Below, in pieces: positions 59,351 to 64,000 of a stretch of 64,000 nucleotides of DNA. The notes below the pieces were generated by a model. It did not search any database. It was not told the origin of the DNA and was given only the letters and a program-made list of their open reading frames with translations. The stretch's first letter is position 1; every line of letters begins with the position of its first letter. Origin of the DNA: Hemiscyllium ocellatum (Eukaryota); NCBI RefSeq assembly GCF_020745735.1, contig NW_026868161.1, positions 1 to 64,000 on the forward strand. Direction: 5' to 3'. The position numbers were made by a program, and so were the translations under genes.

Positions 59351-59403
59351 AGACCTTTAATGAGATGGAAACTGCCAACATCGGCCAATGGTGATTGAAG
59401 GAG
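59351..59403 (+). other. Candidate non-coding exon of a divergent + strand gene
   Basis: Branch-point-like CCTAAT, TTTTCTTTCAG acceptor, GAG|GTACGT donor; upstream donors GTGAGT (59191) and GTAAGT (59295). Confidence 0.4.
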
Positions 59404-60909
59404 GTACGTTTGCGAGGTTGGCCAACTCCTGATGGGCGCTGCAACACATGGTCCTGCCTAAACATCCAAGATGGTGATTGTGGAGCTCCCTCGGCGCTGA
59501 CCCTCCCGCAGTGCGGGGCTCCCTCGGCGCTGACCCTCCCGCAGTGCGGGGCTCCCTCGGCGCTGACCCTCCCGCAGCGCGGGGCTCCCTCGGCGCTGCC
59601 CCTCCCACAGCGCGGGGCTCCCTCGGCGCTGACCCTCCCACAGCGCGGGGCTCCCTCGGCGCTGACCCTCCCACAGCGCGGGGCTCCCTCGGCGCTGACC
59701 CTCCCACAGCGCGGGGCTCCCTCGGCGCTGACCCTCCCACAGTGCGGGGCTCCCTCGGCGCTGACCCTCCCTCAGTGCGGGGCTCCCTCGGCGCTGACCC
59801 TCCCTCAGTGCGGGGCTCCCTCGGCGCTGACCCCCTGACAGTATAATTATTTTTGGGTGACATACCTGAGTGGTATAATTACGTAACCCTGGGGATCTTT
59901 CCCGGATCTCACTGCATAACTGAGAGAGCAGCTGTGGAAATGTGAACCGTGCGGCTCTGTCCCTGAACTGCTGACATGTTTAAACACAGCTTTGTGAGAA
60001 TATCAGGACAGTGTGGGGTCAGCAACGTCTGGTGTCACCAGTGTCTCAGCACTTAGCACACTCCATCCCTCTCTCACTGTATATCACACTCTGTCTTGTT
60101 ACACCCTCACTCTCTCACTCTCACCGGCTCTCACGTTGTTTCACTCCAACTCTCTCACTCTCATATTCTTACACACTCTCACACTCACTCTCACATTGAT
60201 ACACTCTGTCTCACTCTCTCGCATATGTGTTCTTTCACTCTTCCACGGTTATATTCTCATCCTCACTCTCACACTGTTACACTCTCTCACTCCATACCCT
60301 CTCTTACTTCCTCACTCGCTCTCTTTCGCACGATTACATTCTGTTTCACTCTCTCCCTTACACTTATACACACTCTCAAACTCACATATTCTCAACCTCT
60401 CTCACCTTTACACTCTCACGTCTCTCACAAACTCTTACTCTCTTTCAGTCCCTTTCCCTCTCTCTCTCACTCTCACACTCTTGTATTCTTCCTCTCTCTC
60501 CCTGTCTTCCTCCACTCTTGCATACTGTCACACTCTCACACTCTCTCTCACTCGAACATTTACTGACCCTCTCTAACTCTCTCGCACTCCCTCTAAATGC
60601 CTGTCTCACGCTCACGTTCAATCTCTCACTCGGTCTCAGTCTCCGTTTCACATCATCTCACACTCTCTTTCAACTGTCACTCTCAATCTTGCTCTCTTAA
60701 TATCCGTCTCTCATTCCCCCTTCCCTCCCCCTTCAATCCGAGTCACTCTCACTTTCCCTCTCTCACTCTCTTCCATTCTTTTCCTCAATTTTCCTCTCCT
60801 TCCCAGTCATTCGCTGGTACATTTCTATCACCCCTCCCTACCTCTCTTGCTCCCTTTCTCTCACTCCATCCCAGTCTTAGTTATTTTTCCCTTCATTCTT
60901 TCCTGCCCG

Positions 60910-61320
60910 TGATCCAGGACAAGCCCCCACTTGATTGGCACCACCTCCACTCCCTCCTCCGCCGACGCACAGTCGCACCAGTGTGTGCCATCTACACGAC
61001 GCACTGCAGAAATTCACCAAAATCCCGAAGGCAGCACCTTCCGCACCCACAGCCACTTCCAGCCAGAAAGACAGGGGCAGCAGATACATGGGAACACCAC
61101 CCCCTGCAGGTTCCCCTCCACGCCCCTCACCATCACCGTTCGGTCATGGTCGTTGTGCTAAAATTCTGGAACTCCCGTCCTGAGGGTCAACATACAGCAG
61201 GGAGTCAGCACAGTTCAACAAGGCAGCTCAGCCCAACCTTCTCAAGGGGAACAAGCATGAGCCAATAAATCCTGGTCACACACCAATGCCCAAGACCCAC
61301 CAAGGATTTCAAAAAAAAGC
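60910..61320 (+). mobile_element. LINE 3' end (same family as the SULT intron 6 fragments)
   Basis: IQDKPP...HSLLRRRTVAPVCAIYTTHCRNSPK...QHLP, followed by a 3' UTR ending in an A-run. Confidence 0.6.
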
Positions 61321-63371
61321 TCACCTTTTTATCTAGTCTTTTCGTCACTGTTTCTCAGTCACTCTCAAATTCTCTGTTTTACTAACTCTCGGTGTCCTAA
61401 CTGACCATAACTTTCTCTCTGTTTCCCTCTCTCTCTACATTTCTCACACTCTCCACAAGGAGGGAGCCCCGCACTGTGGGAGGGTCAGCGCCGAGGGAGC
61501 CCCGCACTGTGGGAGGGTCAGCGCCGAGGGAGCCCTGCACTGCGGGAGGGTCAGTGCCGAGGGATCCCCGCACTGCGGGAGGGTCAGCGCCGAGGGAGCT
61601 CCGCACTGTGGGAGGGTCAGCGCCGAGGGAGCCCCGCACTGTGGGAGGGTCAGCGCCGAGGGAGCCCCGCACTGCGGGAGGGTCAGCGCCGAGGGAGCCC
61701 CGCACTGCGGGAGGGTCAGCGCCGAGGGAGCCCCGCACTGCGGGAGGGTCAGCGCCGAGGGACCCCCGCACTGCGGGAGGGTCAGCGCCGAGGGAGCCCC
61801 GCACTGTGGGAGGGTCAGCGCCGAGGGAGCCCCGCACTGCGGGAGGGTCAGCGCCGAGGGAGCCCGGGACTGTGGGAGGGTCAGCGCCGAGGGAGCCCCG
61901 CACTGTGGGAGGGTCAGCGCCGAGGGAGCCCGGGACTGTGGGAGGGTCAGCGCCGAGGGAGCCCCGCACTGTGGGAGGGTCAGCGCCGAGGGAGCCCTGC
62001 ACTGTGGGAGGGTCAGCGCCGAGGGAGTGCTGTCTTGGGGGGCTTTGTCGGATGCACCATGCATCAAGCCGAGACATTGAACCATGGCTCCTGCCTGCCC
62101 TCTAGTGGGGTTGGGACTTGGCACACCCCCCACGTGCAGATTCGGGACAAGCCAGGCGTCAGGGTGGCTGTCCCATCCCCTGGCTGACATTCTGTCCCCC
62201 AAGACCCCAGAATCTGGTGATCAGGACCACCGTCACATGGCTGGTTGTGGGACTCTGGGTCTTGCTGTCTGACCCCACCTGCAGGGTTCAGTGCCCCAGG
62301 GAGCCTGCCCCTGGTGATCAGGGGAAGGGGGTGCTGTGTTACTGCTGGCTCTCCATGAGTGAAGGAAACCCATGTGTTCCCTCAGAGTGTGAACCACCTG
62401 CGTCTCTCGGTGCAGGAACCGAGTAACCCTGATCCCACAAATTCCCTGAAATAAATCTCCCAACATCACGCTGGAGGACTGCTGAAAATAGCCTTTTAAT
62501 TGGATTAATCGTTTGTAATCCAACTCTGACAGGTTCAAGTAACTGAACCCAGGGAGCAAGGGGAATGTCAGAAGATAGAGGATTAGGTATCCCCTTTCAC
62601 TTTCCAGCTCCGTCTCTCACTCTGTCTGTCCTCCTGAGTCCAGCTCACTCTCGCCCCCTCGCACAGTCCATCACTTTGTTGCTCTTACTCTCTCTGTATC
62701 TCGATCTCACATTCTCTTTCTCTCGCAGTCTATCATTCCCTGCCTTTCTGTATCCACTCTCTCTCTCTGTCTCTCCCACACTCACGATCACCATTTCTCT
62801 CACTCTCTCTATGTCCATCTAATACCCTTTCTGTCTCGTGGTCTCTCTCTCTGTTTAGCTCTCTGTCTTTCTGTAACCATTCTCTGTCTGTCTCTTTCCC
62901 TCTATCACTGTTTCTGTCACTCTCTCTGTCCCTTTGTATCCATCTCACTTCCTCTCTCGATCGCAGTCTATCACTTTCTGTTTCTCTGTCTTTCCGTGTC
63001 CATTCTCTCTCACTATCACTCCGTCTGTCCCAGTCTCTGTGACTCCTCACACTTGCACCCCCTCTCTCTCTCACATATTCTGTCTGCCTCTCTTTTGTCT
63101 CTCCCTCCCCTCGGACCCCCTTTCTTAATCTCCCTTTCGGACTCACTTTGTCCCTCTTACTCTTTCTCTCTGCCACATCACACTCTCTCTGTCCTTATCC
63201 TACGGCCTGTCTCAATCCACCTCACTTTCTGCCTCTCCCTCTCCACCTCACTCTCTCCGTCTCCCTCCCACACTGACGGTTAACTCTCTCCCTTTCTCTA
63301 TCTCTCTCCTCCCTAACTCCCTGTATCTATTACTCTTCTGTCCCTCACTCTCTCTCTGAGGCCCACTCTTG

Positions 63372-63415
<44 letters not shown>

Positions 63416-64000
63416 CACTTGCTCTCCTGACCCTAAGTGGTGTGGTGTTGCCGCACTCTCAGGTGAACACATGAGTCAACCACCCGGCCCCTGGGGTCGG
63501 CTGGGCTCCTGAGTACAGTCATGGCTAATCTTCATCTCAGCTTCTTCCTCACCACCTCACCCCTCGGGTCTCTCCATTCCAGAGACACCCAAGGTCGGTG
63601 TGTCTGCGTCTTAAATATCTTCCAACAACCCAGGATCCACAACTCACTGTGGAAGGGAATTCCAAACATTCCCGATCTTTCAGAGCACAAAGCAAACCCA
63701 CCAGTTCCGTCATGATAACAGGCTGTGCTGCAGCTTCTCGACAAATATATGCTGCTTAACATTTTCATTCTGAGAAGCTGCACTCTCGGAGGGTCAGCGC
63801 CGAGGGAGCCCCTCACTGAGGGAGGGTCAGCGCCGAGGGAGCCCCTCACTGTGGGAGGGTCAGCGCCGAGGGAGCCCCGCACTGTGGGAGGGTCAGCGCC
63901 GAGGGAGCCCCGCACTGTGGGAGGGTCAGCGCCGAGGGAGCCCCGCACTGTGGGAGGGTCAGCGCCGAGGGAGCCCCTCACTGTGGGAGGGTCAGCGCCG

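Noticed and set aside
58335-59360. 341-aa + strand ORF
   Set aside because: Non-ATG start, Pro/Arg-rich, lies in a GC-rich promoter region and has no recognisable homology
63712-63773. Possible C/D box snoRNA (ATGATAA...CTGA)
   Set aside because: Imperfect C box, no convincing terminal stem and no recognisable rRNA guide

Overview
This is eukaryotic vertebrate DNA. The repeat families (CR1, HE1/V-SINE-like, Penelope) and GC-rich intronic minisatellites suggest a shark; that assignment is an inference. Bases 1-40,700 hold a + strand tandem cluster of cytosolic sulfotransferase (SULT1-like) genes, each with 7 coding exons. There are three intact copies, one copy with a 2-nt frameshift, and a truncated fragment beside an N gap. 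Tail-to-tail with the cluster is a complete mitochondrial EF-Tu gene (TUFM, - strand, 11 coding exons, about 449 aa). TUFM has a tandemly duplicated first exon and promoter in a CpG-rich, probably bidirectional promoter region (57.2-59.4 kb). Introns and spacers are filled with minisatellites, CR1 LINE fragments, a SINE with an internally amplified unit, and Penelope-like retroelements (PLEs). Four features stand out. (1) Head-to-head inverted PLE insertions carry minimal hammerhead ribozyme motifs at both ends. (2) The SULT paralogs are nearly identical except in three substrate-binding loops, which appear in mosaic combinations. (3) Two SULT copies have lost their stop codon and read through the poly(A) signal. 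(4) The TUFM first exon is duplicated. Almost all long ORFs in the supplied track are artefacts of minisatellites. All coordinates were read by eye.
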